DNA from: Williopsis jadinii
Taxonomy: Eukaryota
Length of the DNA: 64,000 bases
Assembly (NCBI GenBank): GCA_024346625.1
Contig: AP024666.1
Coordinates: 992,001-1,056,000, forward strand
Direction: 5' to 3'
A program made the position numbers and the translations under genes. A model generated the notes under the pieces. The model did not search any database. It saw only the letters and a list, made by a program, of their open reading frames with translations, and was not told the DNA's origin. Of this stretch, positions 1 through 10,641 are shown in pieces (the first letter of the stretch is position 1; each line of letters starts with the position of its first letter).

Positions 1-921
1 TTGGTGAGCTAGCGATCCCCATTGTTTGAAGTTGGTGTTGGTTTATCCAATTGGACCATGGTTTTATCGCCAGCCCGTGTAAATAGTGTACTGTTTAGAT
101 CTTCAGGTATCATTAAGCAATCTTTGCATGTCTCTGTAGTGTCTGGCCAGTGCAGTAACCAAGATGTACCTAAGATCATGATATCAAATTGATAGAAACG
201 ATTGACATGTGTTCCTTTATACATTTGTGTGGCTCGGTATCGTCTCGATACGATATTAATTGATTAAACTACTACTTAATGGATGTGATTTGTCACTAAG
301 TGGCAAATATCTTATTTTCTCGCTATTTTTCCACAAGATTCACATAATAACATTTTCAGCAAAGAAATTCAACACTGTCAAATTACAACACATAGTAATT
401 AACCAAAATTAACGACTCGACCATAGAGAACGTATCAATCATACAATATCCACCTGTGAGGTAATACCAGCACCCAACATGGATCTAAGAGCTTGTGTGT
501 GGATGTATTCTAGCACTCAACTATAGATCAGTAAACGTGATGTCCGGATGAATGTTGTCGAGATACTTTGGATGAGAATGCACCCTGCACCCCATCGTGC
601 ATAAAAACGTCATCAAGTGGTGGAAATCAATAATCGTTGATGAAGACTACAACATTGCTGCTAATTAAACATAAGGGTGTGGCTTGTTAAGTTGCCTATA
701 TACATTGCATACGTCAATTACAGTGGTGATTATTGTGCTGAGTCATTCTCGACAGATGGGGGGGCCCGATGACAGCTTTGAAGTGAAGATACCCATTTGT
801 AGTAACAAAAGCAAACCGCTTCTTCATATAGCACTCGCAGATTATTCACAGGGCACATGTGTTTTCGCCATGGTAGTACACACCGACATGAGCGCACATA
901 CAGGTTATTGACCAGTAAATC

Positions 922-3171
922 TCAATTAATCCCGTTACCCAGAAGCTCATTAAGAAGGTCATTAGCATATTCGTTTTCCCAGGTTAGGAGATCAACGTGC
1001 TCTGTGGATAACACCGATAGATCTGGAGGTGAGTTCGAAGACCCAGTTACTGCACTGCCGTATCGTAAAGCCAACTGGAAGTAGGATGAGTTTTCGTTTG
1101 TCGAATCAGCACCATGGGACTCAGACATGATTGCATTGTTTGAAGATATAGATCCCAGAATGGAGCTAGCGTTTTCAATGAGACTCCCATCATCAATATC
1201 AGTAACGTACTTTCTTGTGAACTTGTATGCAGTGACCATCCCCATTAACGAATAGCTCATACTGAACACCCGACCAGGAGAGTTACGCTGGAGAAAGAGA
1301 ATGGCCTTAGACCATAGTACAAGGAAGTTCCTCGAGAGCTTTCCACTCATAAAAGCCTGCGATAACGGACAGAAGTTGTCAGAACAATCCATCGACTCCA
1401 TATCTGCGAGGGTTATATTTAATTCCTCTGGAAAAAGTCGTTCATCGTTAAGCGTACGGAGTTCGTTGTATAGAAGAGTGAGGTATGATCTACACACAAG
1501 ACTCTGTGAAGCTCCAATAATGGCAAGCGTCATCTCCACCAACCTTGCAGGCAGATCGTCCAGGCCAAATTGCTGTGCCTGAGAAGTCAATTCTCTAATA
1601 GTCAGCAAAATTTCAGTGAGATATGTCATACCCAGGACACAGTACTTTAAACTAGACAGATAGTAAAATGTCCTTTTTGGATCATCAATGGGGACTCCCT
1701 CGAGTAAGAGTTCAAAAAGTGTATGTATAGCGTGAACAGCTAGTACACGATGTATGATACCGTTAAAGGACGACATGTCGTTCACAACGGCATGTGCTGA
1801 CGTCGAATTGGCCATATTTGACGAGAGATGCTTCAGTTCGCCGTTGTTGAAGTTCTCAAATCTGGAAATTATAGATAACACCTCACTTGGGTATACCGGG
1901 TCTGATCTTGTCATCAGCTTACAACACTCTCTCATACATCGCGTTAGATCTAATAAGAGGGTTGTGTCTGCATCTAGATTCCCAAATGAGTTTGGATGTA
2001 TCGAGCCATCGTCAATGCTTGGTGGTATTCCCACATCGAATGAGAGTAGAGTATCCATGTTGTAGAGGTACCTCCAAATTGATCTCAACAATATTCTATG
2101 ACGTGGGGTATACGTGGGATATAAGTCATCAACATCCCTGTGTAATCCCAAGGTGATACCCATGACTATAGCACTCTTCAACAATAAACAGCCATTTGAA
2201 CCATCGCCACCGTTGCCCTCTGAGGGATCAAGCACCATCAATGCGTGCATGAGTAAAGTTGCCTGTAGTGCTGGTAGTGTTACCCTAGTGTTGGACTTGC
2301 TGAACCGCAAAAGTCTCTGAGCAAACGTCACGAGCTGGTCATAGTCAGAGAACACATCGTTCAAGGAGCTCAGGTTCATTGTCAATGTCATGAGCTTGAA
2401 CACGACAATTATCAGGGCTATTTTAGCATAGTCAACGTATTTAGTAGAGATTGTTATCCGACATGTACCTGTGGAATAGTCCTTACCAAAGATCCTCAAG
2501 AAGTCCTTTAGTAGGTCTTGTTCATCTACAACAGGTATGAATCTGGTCCAAAATGATGATCCGAACATCGTCACAGCGTCTTTCATACTATCGAAAGACG
2601 GTAGATATTGGCACAAGTTCCCTAACAACACATCGGGGAAGGCTGTTTCCATTGCAACGTAGTCCTCATACGGCTTCTTCTTCCAATTGTGCTTGATCTT
2701 CCATTCTCTCCTCTTGTTCGAGAGGAAAGTGGTCACATCGTCCTGCACCTCGGCGTACTTGGACTCCTTCTTTATGGCCGTTCTCCAACACGTCGGCCCA
2801 TAAAACACAGTGCGATCAACCTTGTTGGATACACATTCAGGCAGTGTCAATGGAACCTCATTGTTCTCACCGCCACTTTTGCTTCTCAGTGACTCCAATT
2901 CTTGCCGCAGACGTTGTAGTTCTATCATCATCTCTTCAATCGTGGGCGCTTCATCCTGCTCCTTTGGCCGAGACTTAGCCAACGCAGCAAGGTACCTGGT
3001 GTTGTCATACACACACAGGTGGCTCGGTATACCTCTCTTCACACACGACGAGCATGGCCTCTCCTGGTTACATTTGATCTTCCTCACACGGCAGTTGGTG
3101 CATGTGAGAGTAGCCCGTTGCCGCCGCTTTCGAGGCTGACCATCTCCATTCGCTTCGCCACAACGACTCAT
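922..3171 (-). CDS. Zn2Cys6 transcription factor, Yrr1/Yrm1/Pdr8-like (copy 1)
   Basis: CTNCRVRKIKCNQERPCSSC..C zinc cluster, coiled coil, FYGPTCWRT and EGNGGDG..GITLGLHRD middle-homology motifs. The ORF-track start at 3258 is GTG; the first ATG is at 3171. Confidence 0.9.
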   Translation of the reverse strand: MSRCGEANGDGQPRKRRQRATLTCTNCRVRKIKCNQERPCSSCVKRGIPSHLCVYDNTRYLAALAKSRPKEQDEAPTIEEMMIELQRLRQELESLRSKSGGENNEVPLTLPECVSNKVDRTVFYGPTCWRTAIKKESKYAEVQDDVTTFLSNKRREWKIKHNWKKKPYEDYVAMETAFPDVLLGNLCQYLPSFDSMKDAVTMFGSSFWTRFIPVVDEQDLLKDFLRIFGKDYSTGTCRITISTKYVDYAKIALIIVVFKLMTLTMNLSSLNDVFSDYDQLVTFAQRLLRFSKSNTRVTLPALQATLLMHALMVLDPSEGNGGDGSNGCLLLKSAIVMGITLGLHRDVDDLYPTYTPRHRILLRSIWRYLYNMDTLLSFDVGIPPSIDDGSIHPNSFGNLDADTTLLLDLTRCMRECCKLMTRSDPVYPSEVLSIISRFENFNNGELKHLSSNMANSTSAHAVVNDMSSFNGIIHRVLAVHAIHTLFELLLEGVPIDDPKRTFYYLSSLKYCVLGMTYLTEILLTIRELTSQAQQFGLDDLPARLVEMTLAIIGASQSLVCRSYLTLLYNELRTLNDERLFPEELNITLADMESMDCSDNFCPLSQAFMSGKLSRNFLVLWSKAILFLQRNSPGRVFSMSYSLMGMVTAYKFTRKYVTDIDDGSLIENASSILGSISSNNAIMSESHGADSTNENSSYFQLALRYGSAVTGSSNSPPDLSVLSTEHVDLLTWENEYANDLLNELLGNGIN

Positions 3172-3457
3172 CACCTCAATGCAGTCAAAGTACACGCGGT
3201 TCACCAGCTCGGGAATTGTGCACTGTTCTCCTTCCCTCCAACCTCTCTGTGCCGACACTATGGGAAGGAAGAAAGATCAAGGATGACTAATTTCAACTCG
3301 AAAGAGTTGTACAGCTGAGGACCGCGTCGGGCGTCGGATTTGTGTATGTATGTCCCTTTAAGCAATGATGCGGATTTCCTACTAACAAAGCCATTGTCCA
3401 AGTACACCTGGGAACTGGGGGTTTAGTTCTTGAGCAATGTCGGTTCATTACACCTTT

Positions 3458-5890
3458 TTAGGCATTATATATGGATCCGTCTTGGAACATATCGATGAGC
3501 TCATCCTTTTCAAGTAGCTCACGGAACAGCTCATCGACAGCGTCGTTTCTCCATTCGAAGAGGTCAATCTTGGTGGCGGAGTCATAGACAATGTTGCCTG
3601 GGATTGGTTGGTATCCATTCAAGGGCTGGGAGGACGCGGATGACGATCCAGAATACATAAACTCTTGTAGTGGGGTTCGACCAACGATAGGTCCCTGTTG
3701 CTGTTGCTGCTGTTGTTGAAGTGGAGGCGGTGGCACTGTCTGATCATGCTGTTGCTGATGCTGTAGCGGTGACACTGTTTGCTGTCGCTGTTGTGGCGAA
3801 CACTGCTTCCGTTGTACATCTGAAACCACAGTTGAAGCTGGCGAAGTGTCCTGACTTGTGGAGCCACTCGACCTTCTCTTTGCAATGATATCCTGGAAAA
3901 ACTTGTAACCAGCCAATAGACAGTACAGTGTGAAACTGAAGTTGAAAACACGGAATCTCGATTCGTTGCGAATGTGTAGCAGCGACTTACACACCAGTGC
4001 CAGGATCTGATTGGAGTAACCACTCGAGGTGATCGACTGCACCAAAGGATTGTTCTTGTCCCATGGATCTAGACGTTCAACAGCCTCCATCGATATTCTT
4101 CTGAAGAGCAAATCAGATAATGGCGGGGTGTCAAAGAATTTGATTTCATTGGCAAACAGGGAGGCATAACAGCGATAAATTACCGGCTTGGCCATCGCCA
4201 TCACTGTCGTCGAGATCTCAACCAAACGATGGACATCGTTTTGGTTGTTAGCCTCCGCAAGTTTCTGCGTGATGTTGTTCAGATTCCACATGAACTCAAC
4301 GTTCTGGAAAAAGGATAGAGTGCAAAACTTCATACAGCCAACCGAGTAGATATACCTGTCTGTATCATCCGGATCGCAATACTCGGATAGTACTTCCCAT
4401 AACATGTGCAAGACATTCAGGCCTGAAAGTCTGAGTAACAATCCACCAAATTCGATTTGGTTGTTCATCAGAGTTGGAAGTGAGTTCCAAGACCTCAACA
4501 CTTCAGACATCCGAAGAAGCACCCCATTATCAAAACTTTGAAGCTCGTCAATCAATGCTAGGAATTCGTCCTTATATACTGCTTCTGTCTTCGTACACAG
4601 TTTACAAGCACGTCTAATGATCTTCATCAACACGAGCTGTGCTTCGTACTCATCAGACGCTTGTCCAAACGAATTTTCATGCACCACGTCATCGTCAATG
4701 GTCAAGGGGAGACCCAAATGCAACGAGACATAAGTGTCTCTAAAGTACAAGAACCTCCATAGTTTCTTCAAAGTTGCTCTGTATGTTACACTTTTAACAC
4801 TGAACAATCGATCAACGTCTCTGTGCAGCCCCATTGCCAGGGCCATATTCACGGCATTCTTCAAAGACATCGCACTACTTGTAGCACCATCGCCATCGCC
4901 ATCCATTGGATCAAGTGGCATTAATGTGTGTATCAGTATCAACGCCTGTAGTGCTGGCAGAGTTGCACGGCTCTCATACCGGCCAAATCTCAGGAACGAA
5001 CGAGCATAGCGTATCAACTGATCACGGTCAGAGAAATGGTCTGAATCAGAGCTGAGGTTCAAAGTCAGCACGACATACTTCACCACGGCCAAAACAAGCG
5101 CAATCTTCGCGTAGTCTGCATTTTTTGTATACACAGAGATAACACACTTGTTGGTAGTGGGGTCCTTTGTAAAGAGCTTCAAGAAGTCTCTCATCAGTAC
5201 GTTATGGTCCAACACTGGGATGCACTGATTCCAGAATGACTGTCCGTAGATGTCAAGATACTGCTTCACAACGTCAAACTCTGGCAGATAGTTCGACAAG
5301 TTACGCAGCAAGACGTCGGGATACGCAGTCTCCATGTCTTCATACTCCTTCGGTGAGATGCTCTTCAGATTCATCTTGATCTTCCATTCCCGTCTGATAT
5401 TGGACAAGTAAGCCACTGCGCTCTCTGCGATTTCCGTGTCCTTTCCATAGTTGAGGATGATTGACCTCCAGCTCGTCGGGCCATAGTAAGCCAACCGATC
5501 AGTCTTGACAACCAAGGAATCCGGTATTTTCACCTGGAGCCTCTTCTTCTTATCCACGGGCCCATCGTCTTTACCCTCCAATTGAGCTTTCAGCGCATCC
5601 AGCTCCCTCTTCAACTTGCTGTTTTCGTTGAGCAGTAGCACCATCGTGCGCTGGTCAGACTCCAACAGCTCACTTCGCCCACTTGTCCTCTTGGAGTCTC
5701 CCTCACCGCTGTTGGCACCTGGAGCCGGCTGTTCATAGACACACAGCTCTGGAGGGATTCCTCTCTTCGTGCACGCTGAGCATGGCTTATTCTGGTCGCA
5801 CTTAACCTTTCTGAACCGGCAGTTTGTGCATGTGAGACATGCCCTTCTTCTCTTTCGTATGTGAAGAAGATGCGACTGAGCGGGAACCAT
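3458..5890 (-). CDS. Zn2Cys6 transcription factor, Yrr1/Yrm1/Pdr8-like (copy 2, tandem paralog) with C-terminal Gln-rich tract
   Basis: CTNCRFRKVKCDQNKPCSAC..C cluster, YYGPTSWRS, DGDGDG..ALAMGLHRD. Co-linear similarity to copy 1. First in-frame ATG at 5890. Confidence 0.9.
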   Translation of the reverse strand: MVPAQSHLLHIRKRRRACLTCTNCRFRKVKCDQNKPCSACTKRGIPPELCVYEQPAPGANSGEGDSKRTSGRSELLESDQRTMVLLLNENSKLKRELDALKAQLEGKDDGPVDKKKRLQVKIPDSLVVKTDRLAYYGPTSWRSIILNYGKDTEIAESAVAYLSNIRREWKIKMNLKSISPKEYEDMETAYPDVLLRNLSNYLPEFDVVKQYLDIYGQSFWNQCIPVLDHNVLMRDFLKLFTKDPTTNKCVISVYTKNADYAKIALVLAVVKYVVLTLNLSSDSDHFSDRDQLIRYARSFLRFGRYESRATLPALQALILIHTLMPLDPMDGDGDGATSSAMSLKNAVNMALAMGLHRDVDRLFSVKSVTYRATLKKLWRFLYFRDTYVSLHLGLPLTIDDDVVHENSFGQASDEYEAQLVLMKIIRRACKLCTKTEAVYKDEFLALIDELQSFDNGVLLRMSEVLRSWNSLPTLMNNQIEFGGLLLRLSGLNVLHMLWEVLSEYCDPDDTDRYIYSVGCMKFCTLSFFQNVEFMWNLNNITQKLAEANNQNDVHRLVEISTTVMAMAKPVIYRCYASLFANEIKFFDTPPLSDLLFRRISMEAVERLDPWDKNNPLVQSITSSGYSNQILALVCKSLLHIRNESRFRVFNFSFTLYCLLAGYKFFQDIIAKRRSSGSTSQDTSPASTVVSDVQRKQCSPQQRQQTVSPLQHQQQHDQTVPPPPLQQQQQQQQGPIVGRTPLQEFMYSGSSSASSQPLNGYQPIPGNIVYDSATKIDLFEWRNDAVDELFRELLEKDELIDMFQDGSIYNA

Positions 5891-7081
5891 AACTACGACA
5901 AACACACGCACTCTCGGTCATACACTGTTGGCCTTCCACCTTGTGCCCTCTCTATCTCTCCTTGATTAGCCGGGCGATCTCTGGTGAAATATATAATCAA
6001 TATATATATTTATCAGGAATTAGCCATGATTATTAGGCCTGTGGGAAGGGAATGGACAGAGAGTGAGATATTGTTGGGTTAAATATAGTTGGGGACATGC
6101 GTCTCATTTTTTTTCGCGTCCTCTGTTCCTCTGTCTGTCCCTCTGTTCCTCATTCTCGCTCTGTCCAGGTGCTTGTCTCCCCTGTCTGTCCAAGGTCCTC
6201 CATGTGTAAACGTACGTCGTTAAAATATCCCCCTTCCCCTTCTTGCAAGCGTTTAGAATATAGACAGATGACTTTAACTCAATCCCGCCCACCACCGTAA
6301 TGACAAGAAATATTGAACCGTAAGATGGAGTTAATTTTCGCTCATGCACAGCCATGTCTGATGCCTACAGGGCTAATCTTTGCTTGGGCCCTCTATAAGA
6401 TTGATGCAACCAGACAAGAAGTGCTTCACCCCACACACAGTTGCAACGCTGAAAAGGTACCATAAGGGTCAAGCTTGCTGTGGTCTGATTAGGCTCAGAA
6501 CGACATTACGTTACCTTTTGATGCGCCTTTCCAGGCGCATTCATAAGCGTGTCTTGTCTTCTTTATCAGCTCGAGCGAATTTCAAAGCTTAAAAAACACT
6601 CACCTTTATCGGCAGATTTAAGCTGGGAATGCATGAACTTAAAGCCAACAGACATGCAACACATATAGCACGTTGCACAGTGACCTGCTCTATCGCACCC
6701 AAGCTTCATTCTATTCGATAGTTCCAAATCATAGTGACATCATGCGCTGTGTATTGCCGTTTTCGCTTGTGGATTGTGGACGTGTGTGGGTGCTGATGGA
6801 TTTGGGGACGCGGTGGCTGAAAATGAACTTAGGCCCGAACCACCCGTACACCAGCAGCAGACGCATTCGCGGCGACTGTTGTTGTTAGCGGCTGCGAATC
6901 AAAGGTGCCCTGGCTTAAGGGAAAATTTACACGAGGACACAAAAGCAGGAAATTCCTATATAGCGGGACCGTGAGAAAACACAGGTAAACAGAACAAACA
7001 CACAGAGAGGCCTCCGCTGATAAAGAAGGGCGCGCGCACTTGTGATTGGGACACGGGCAGAATAGGTTTGGTTACAGGGCT

Positions 7082-9493
7082 ATGGCTAAGAAGAAGGGCA
7101 AGAAGAGTAGCAATCAGGCGCAACAGGCGAAGCCTGTTGCGCCTGTTGAACTTGGTTCCGCTGATTCAGAGGAGGCGTCTGGGGCTGCTGGAACAAGGGA
7201 CGACGACACTTCTGGTGAGGTCAATGGCGATGGTACTGAAGGAGTAAACGGTGCCAATGAGGACGCTGATGGTGTTGTTGAAGTGGACGTTGAGGGTGAC
7301 GGGTGTAGTGTGGTGAAGAACAATGAGCCGCCAACGGAAACAACAAAGCAGTCTGACCAGACAGGTGAACAGGGAGATGAACAGGGAGATGAACAGGGAG
7401 ATGAACAGGGAGAGGAACAGGCAGAGGGACAGGTAGAGGGACAGGCCAAGGAAGTGGATTTGAAGTCCACAGAACAGACACAGCAAGCAGAACCAATAGC
7501 TGCACCTGTTCCAAAGAAAAGGTTGACATTACAGGAAAGATTGGCACTAGCAGCCAAAGCAGGTAAGTCCTCCAAGCGGAGTGCATCGTCAAACAAGGCA
7601 CCGAACTCAGATCGCTCTCCATTGTCGTCACCATCACCACCTCCTCCTAAACTGGAAGTCACCAAGACCGAGACCAAAGATGAACACCAAGAGCCGTCAG
7701 AATCACCATTCAAACAAAACTTCGGAGGAATGGATAAGGATGAACTGGTTAAGTTCATTGACGATGTTCAAAACAAATTCATCTCATTACAGTCCAAGAA
7801 CGACTCCTTGAAAGTGGAAAAACATAGCCTTCAAGAGAAAGTGAAGACTCTTTCCTCTCAGCGATCCTCGACTCCATCGTTGTCAAGCTCGAACTCTGTA
7901 TCAGAACATCTCCTAAAGGAGAAGGAGGCAAAGATTCAACAGTTGTTGAAAGAAGGTGAAGACCTCTCAAAGAAGGAGTTGAAGCTGAACAATGTCATTA
8001 AACAGTTAAAATCTACAGAGACGGAAAACAACTATCAAATAAGTGATCTGAAGGAAACCGTGAAAAAATTAGAGGACGAAAGAAATACCCTAAAGGAGTC
8101 TCTGACGAAAGCACAATTTGAAGAGAAGCAATCTTCACTCAAGTCAAGAGCCTTGCAGAAGCAATTAGAATCAGAACAATCAGCGCTGGCAGATGAAATC
8201 AGCAGAACGAAGCAATTGTCCCTACAAGTTGAAGAACTCTCTGAGACTTTGATCCTGGAGAAGAACAAATTTAACGAGGATATAACTGGGTTGAAGAGAC
8301 AGATAGATAACGAGAAACAAAAGTTGTCGAATTCGAAAAACGAACATCAAAATGAAATCTCTAGACTTGAAGAAAAGATTGAGCAACTTAGATTTCAGGC
8401 AGAAAAGGCCCAGACTTCAACTTCAAAGAACGACGAGAGCTACGTTAGACTATTACGACAACACGATGTACTACAAAAGCAGTATACATCTGCAACAGAG
8501 AATTGGCAAAGTATCGAGGCTGCGTTGATGAATAAGATAAGCACGTTGGAGAATGAAAATGCCTCTCTAACCTCTGACTTATCGGAAGTTGAGCAAAAGT
8601 CAAATATATTGACAAAGACGTTGGAGGAGAAGTCCAATGAAATTGATTCCTTATCGACTAAGTTATCCAAATTGAGCATTGATCACGGTAAAATGTCAAC
8701 CCAACTCCAGAGTGCTTCCAAATCTTTGAGCGAGACTCAGGAAACTTTGGAGGAGTTACAAATCAACCAAAATAAGGAGAAGGCGGCACTTGAATACAAG
8801 ATTCAAAATCTGGAACGTCAGGTACAAATACAAGAACAAGTGCAACCTCAGCATTTGTTACTTCCAGAATCTCAAGGAACACCGATAACGTTTGCCTCTC
8901 CAAACTTCTCAAAAAATAGATCAACCTCATCTCTTAGATTGAATCGTGGTGGCAGCTGGGAAACACGAGACGTGAGCTTCGGCGAGTCCTCAACTACCCC
9001 ATTACAGAGTAGAAAGACTTCAATTGCTCCATTGGGATATTTCGATGAACAGGAGGATTTGGATGATATTGAAATGGATGATGAAGCAGAGTCAACTTTT
9101 AACGAGGGTTCTTTCAAGAACTCGTCTTCGGCCATAGGTGGAGGTTCTAATGTTCAGCTATTGAGTAAGATGAGTTTCCAGGTGCGTCGTTTGCAGACCG
9201 AACTATCCACGATGAAGGAGGAAGTTCACAAGTTATCCAACGAGAAGAAATCAGCCAATGAGGAGATTGTAACGCTGATGAAGGAGAATGAACAAGTTCA
9301 AGAGTATAAGCAACGCATTGCTGAATTAGAGACCGAATTGAGCCATTCGAGCACACGCAATGAGGAAGTTCTTGTTATTCTCGGAGAAAAGACAGAACAA
9401 GTTGAAGAGTTGAAAGCAGACGTCCAAGACCTGAAGGATATGTTACGAGCCCAGGCACAACAGTTTGTCGAACTTCAAAGCAACCTTGGTTGA
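7082..9493 (+). CDS. SGM1: TMF1/Sgm1-type golgin coiled-coil protein
   Basis: KKRLTLQERLALAAK N-terminal motif, LLKEGEDLSKKELK, ENWQSIE, C-terminal LGEKTEQVEELKADVQDLKDM. First ATG at 7082. Neighbours XPT1/NMD5 as in S. cerevisiae. Confidence 0.85.
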   Translation: MAKKKGKKSSNQAQQAKPVAPVELGSADSEEASGAAGTRDDDTSGEVNGDGTEGVNGANEDADGVVEVDVEGDGCSVVKNNEPPTETTKQSDQTGEQGDEQGDEQGDEQGEEQAEGQVEGQAKEVDLKSTEQTQQAEPIAAPVPKKRLTLQERLALAAKAGKSSKRSASSNKAPNSDRSPLSSPSPPPPKLEVTKTETKDEHQEPSESPFKQNFGGMDKDELVKFIDDVQNKFISLQSKNDSLKVEKHSLQEKVKTLSSQRSSTPSLSSSNSVSEHLLKEKEAKIQQLLKEGEDLSKKELKLNNVIKQLKSTETENNYQISDLKETVKKLEDERNTLKESLTKAQFEEKQSSLKSRALQKQLESEQSALADEISRTKQLSLQVEELSETLILEKNKFNEDITGLKRQIDNEKQKLSNSKNEHQNEISRLEEKIEQLRFQAEKAQTSTSKNDESYVRLLRQHDVLQKQYTSATENWQSIEAALMNKISTLENENASLTSDLSEVEQKSNILTKTLEEKSNEIDSLSTKLSKLSIDHGKMSTQLQSASKSLSETQETLEELQINQNKEKAALEYKIQNLERQVQIQEQVQPQHLLLPESQGTPITFASPNFSKNRSTSSLRLNRGGSWETRDVSFGESSTTPLQSRKTSIAPLGYFDEQEDLDDIEMDDEAESTFNEGSFKNSSSAIGGGSNVQLLSKMSFQVRRLQTELSTMKEEVHKLSNEKKSANEEIVTLMKENEQVQEYKQRIAELETELSHSSTRNEEVLVILGEKTEQVEELKADVQDLKDMLRAQAQQFVELQSNLG
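7367..7445 (+). repeat. 12-bp coding tandem repeat (GAACAGGGAGAT)n encoding EQGD repeats
   Basis: Three perfect units plus about 3.5 degenerate units read directly in SGM1. Confidence 0.9.
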
Positions 9494-9598
9494 GTGTATT
9501 TTACAGTGTACAAAGAGAATGAAACACGGATAACATCGTATGAAGATACCCTTTTCTGTATGTATGTGCTCTACTGTGATCAGCCTAACCAACGCTCT

Positions 9599-10219
9599 TT
9601 AGTTGTAACCTTGAGCAATGGCCTTTTCAGTATGGTCGTCAATGTCATCAGCATCCCATGGATAACAGAACCATTTATCTGGCAAAGTTCTTGCTGCGTA
9701 ATAACGATCTTGGATGATATCAGTAGGCAAGTCAGCCTTCTTTGGCTTATCCTTGTTGTGAAGCACAAAGATTGCAAAGTTTGTTTTTTCCGTTCTACCC
9801 AGCTTGTTGGCCTGTTGCTGAACATCCTTTTCAAGCTCAGAAACAGCATAGTGCAAAGTAGTTCTGGTATCGTCGACTTCATCAACGATCAAGATGTTCT
9901 TGCCGATCAGAGAGTCAAAGTGCTCATTGAGCGCACCAAAGTCAAGCCACTGTGTTCTGACAACCTCCTTACCGATCTGAGTATCGTCGTCTTCATCTCC
10001 CAGGTTCTCGTAAAGACTGAGACCAATGACCTGGATTGGGATGTTCTTGTGGCCCTTCTCCTTCAAAAAGGTTCTAAGAATACGGGATGGGATGTTACCA
10101 CCACCACCAATGGAGATGATGATGTCTGGCTTGAACTGCTTAATCTTTTCAGCAGATTCCTTACACAGCTTGTGGATGTGGTTGTATGAGAAGTAGAGCT
10201 TCTCCGGTTCTTCAGACAT
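9599..10219 (-). CDS. HPT1: Hypoxanthine/xanthine-guanine phosphoribosyltransferase (Hpt1/Xpt1)
   Basis: IGGGGxIPxRILRTFLK, LIVDEVDDTRTTL PRPP loop, WFCYPW. Homology-consistent ATG at 10219; an in-frame upstream ATG also exists at 10336. Confidence 0.93.
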   Translation of the reverse strand: MSEEPEKLYFSYNHIHKLCKESAEKIKQFKPDIIISIGGGGNIPSRILRTFLKEKGHKNIPIQVIGLSLYENLGDEDDDTQIGKEVVRTQWLDFGALNEHFDSLIGKNILIVDEVDDTRTTLHYAVSELEKDVQQQANKLGRTEKTNFAIFVLHNKDKPKKADLPTDIIQDRYYAARTLPDKWFCYPWDADDIDDHTEKAIAQGYN

Positions 10220-10288
10220 GGCTATAAACGACGTTATACCGTTACTGCTTGGTTCCTTCAGATGACAATGAACAGCAGAAGAAAAGTT

Positions 10289-10308
10289 GCGATGAGTGAA
10301 AAATTTTT
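10289..10308. promoter_or_regulatory. Adjacent PAC (GCGATGAG) and RRPE (TGAAAAATTTTT) elements upstream of HPT1
   Basis: Exact consensus matches 70-90 nt upstream of the ATG. Confidence 0.75.
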
Positions 10309-10641
10309 GACACTTCGATGGAGTCCCTCCATGCATATAAAAATTTCATCTGTGCGATGCACACGTTAAATCTGGGATTGGGATGAGAATCATAGGAGCT
10401 AATTGGCACACAATCTCTCGTTTGTATGCTCAACTCACAGTGGTATGCCTGCTTTGTGATGCCTCCCATCAAACATTCGCTTCTACGGTTTGGAACCCAG
10501 TGAAACGGCTCGATTTGGAAAGAGCGTTATGAGCGCGTGCACCAGTTTGCGTCAAGCAACAGCTGTCGATTCTACATGAGAGATGAGCTACGAACAGAAG
10601 CTGGAGATGCTAGAACCATTTCCCTATCTTTTGGTGTCTAT

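Noticed and set aside
9..224. 71-aa minus-strand ORF at the window edge
   Set aside because: No recognisable motif. It looks like promoter/leader DNA of a gene that may start near position 22 and leave the window, with too little sequence to call.
7114..7758. Several antisense ORFs over the SGM1 repeat region
   Set aside because: Products of low-complexity repeats on the non-coding strand.
9494..10189. 231-aa + strand ORF starting right after the SGM1 stop
   Set aside because: GTG start and antisense shadow of HPT1. It is in frame behind the SGM1 TGA, but nothing supports read-through.
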